Below, in pieces: positions 63,448-64,000 of a stretch of 64,000 bases of DNA (position 1 is the stretch's first letter; every line of letters begins with the position of its first letter). Made by a program: the position numbers and the translations under genes. Under the pieces are notes generated by a model that saw only the letters and a program-made list of their open reading frames with translations, had not been told where the DNA came from and searched no databases. The DNA lies in IMG/VR virus record IMGVR_UViG_3300045988_163070; one strand, written 5' to 3'. This DNA is from a virus.

Positions 63448-63969
63448 CTACCGGTACCCACATTCAGAAAAGAAACGCTCTAACCATGGACGAAGATACA
63501 TGATGTTGAAATACTCCTTTGCAGTATCTCCAACGCCAAGAACCTGCTCACCATACTTTCTTTCAATGGATGGCCCCTCTTTAAAACCTTTTGTTTCAAA
63601 GCGTAATCCGGAATCTATTTTTTGCGCAAAAATGCTATCATAAAAAGTACCAGTGATAAAAAGGTTAGGAACCTCAACGGGGCGTGGTGGCAAATAAAGC
63701 ATCTCTCCCCTAAGAGGTGGGGTTATCTTCTCTTTCCAATGTTTATACCTTTCTGCTTGATTTTGCCAGGGACCGGGTTCATTGAAATAGGTATCGTTAT
63801 CATAAGTAGGATTCAATAAATGTTCAGTACCATCTATACCACTATATAACTGTTCCTGTATGCAGTCAATAAGCACATTCTTATTTTCCTCCATACATTT
63901 GACACACTCTCCCTTAAACCCGGAAGCAATGGAATGAATCACATCATAAACTTTATCAAAATCTGCCAT
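63448..63969 (-). CDS. tail-assembly-region protein (hypothetical)
   Basis: 173-aa ORF, second gene upstream of the tape measure. Confidence 0.45.
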   Translation of the reverse strand: MADFDKVYDVIHSIASGFKGECVKCMEENKNVLIDCIQEQLYSGIDGTEHLLNPTYDNDTYFNEPGPWQNQAERYKHWKEKITPPLRGEMLYLPPRPVEVPNLFITGTFYDSIFAQKIDSGLRFETKGFKEGPSIERKYGEQVLGVGDTAKEYFNIMYLRPWLERFFSECGYR

Positions 63970-64000
63970 ATAATAAATAATGAAATGGGCCGGGCTGCAA

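Larger units (their letters stand above)
1..64000. mobile_element. temperate tailed-phage / prophage genome (Bacteroidota-type), near-complete and circularly permuted relative to the window
   Basis: Contiguous head, packaging, replication, lysogeny (integrase + CI-like repressor), lysis, tail and tape-measure modules. No host housekeeping genes seen. The capsid gene runs off the left edge and tail-assembly genes reach the right edge. Confidence 0.8.

Noticed and set aside
1-64000. Genome-wide stop-codon reassignment (suggested by the possible UCA-anticodon tRNA-like gene)
   Set aside because: Large genes (2521-aa fibre, 1302-aa tape measure, 676-aa terminase, 578-aa helicase) are uninterrupted in the standard code, so wholesale recoding is not needed to explain the ORF structure.

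Overview
The whole 64 kb window reads as one temperate, siphovirus-like phage or prophage of a Bacteroidota host. Nearly every gene is on the minus strand, several intergenic regions carry Bacteroides-type TTTG-N18-20-TAnnTTTG promoters, and I saw no host housekeeping genes. In minus-strand transcription order (right to left) the window contains: (1) tail-assembly-region genes and a 1302-aa tape measure (63.9-59.3 kb); (2) a 5.5 kb block of small regulatory or moron genes, including an ECF-type sigma factor (58.7-53.9 kb); (3) tail/baseplate genes and a 2521-aa multidomain fibre (53.8-42.9 kb); the last part of the fibre gene is the variable repeat of a diversity-generating retroelement (VR 43004-43114, TR 42652-42762, RT 41130-42446, no Avd ORF); (4) a lysis cassette (40.4-38.6 kb); (5) a lysogeny module with a tyrosine integrase and a CI-like repressor (37.4-33.1 kb), bracketed by a 17-bp direct repeat; (6) an accessory region with a candidate membrane-effector cassette (32.5-30.4 kb); (7) a ~750-nt non-coding cluster of tRNA-like genes whose anticodon regions are non-canonical (28.5-27.8 kb); (8) a recombination/replication module (SSAP, exonuclease, SSB, SNF2 helicase, VRR-NUC, DnaC-like loader, two ParB-domain proteins, a putative glycosyltransferase; 27.2-12.2 kb); (9) an HNH plus papain-like peptidase pair; (10) a plus-strand Zorya type II cassette (zorA-zorB-zorE, 7.2-10.3 kb) wedged into the packaging module; (11) TerS, TerL, portal, prohead protease and the 5-prime part of an HK97-type capsid gene that runs off the left edge. 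All functional calls come from motif recognition by eye; no searches or folding programs were run. The ORF track appears to use the longest ATG/GTG/TTG ORFs, so some true starts are probably a few codons downstream of the listed ones.
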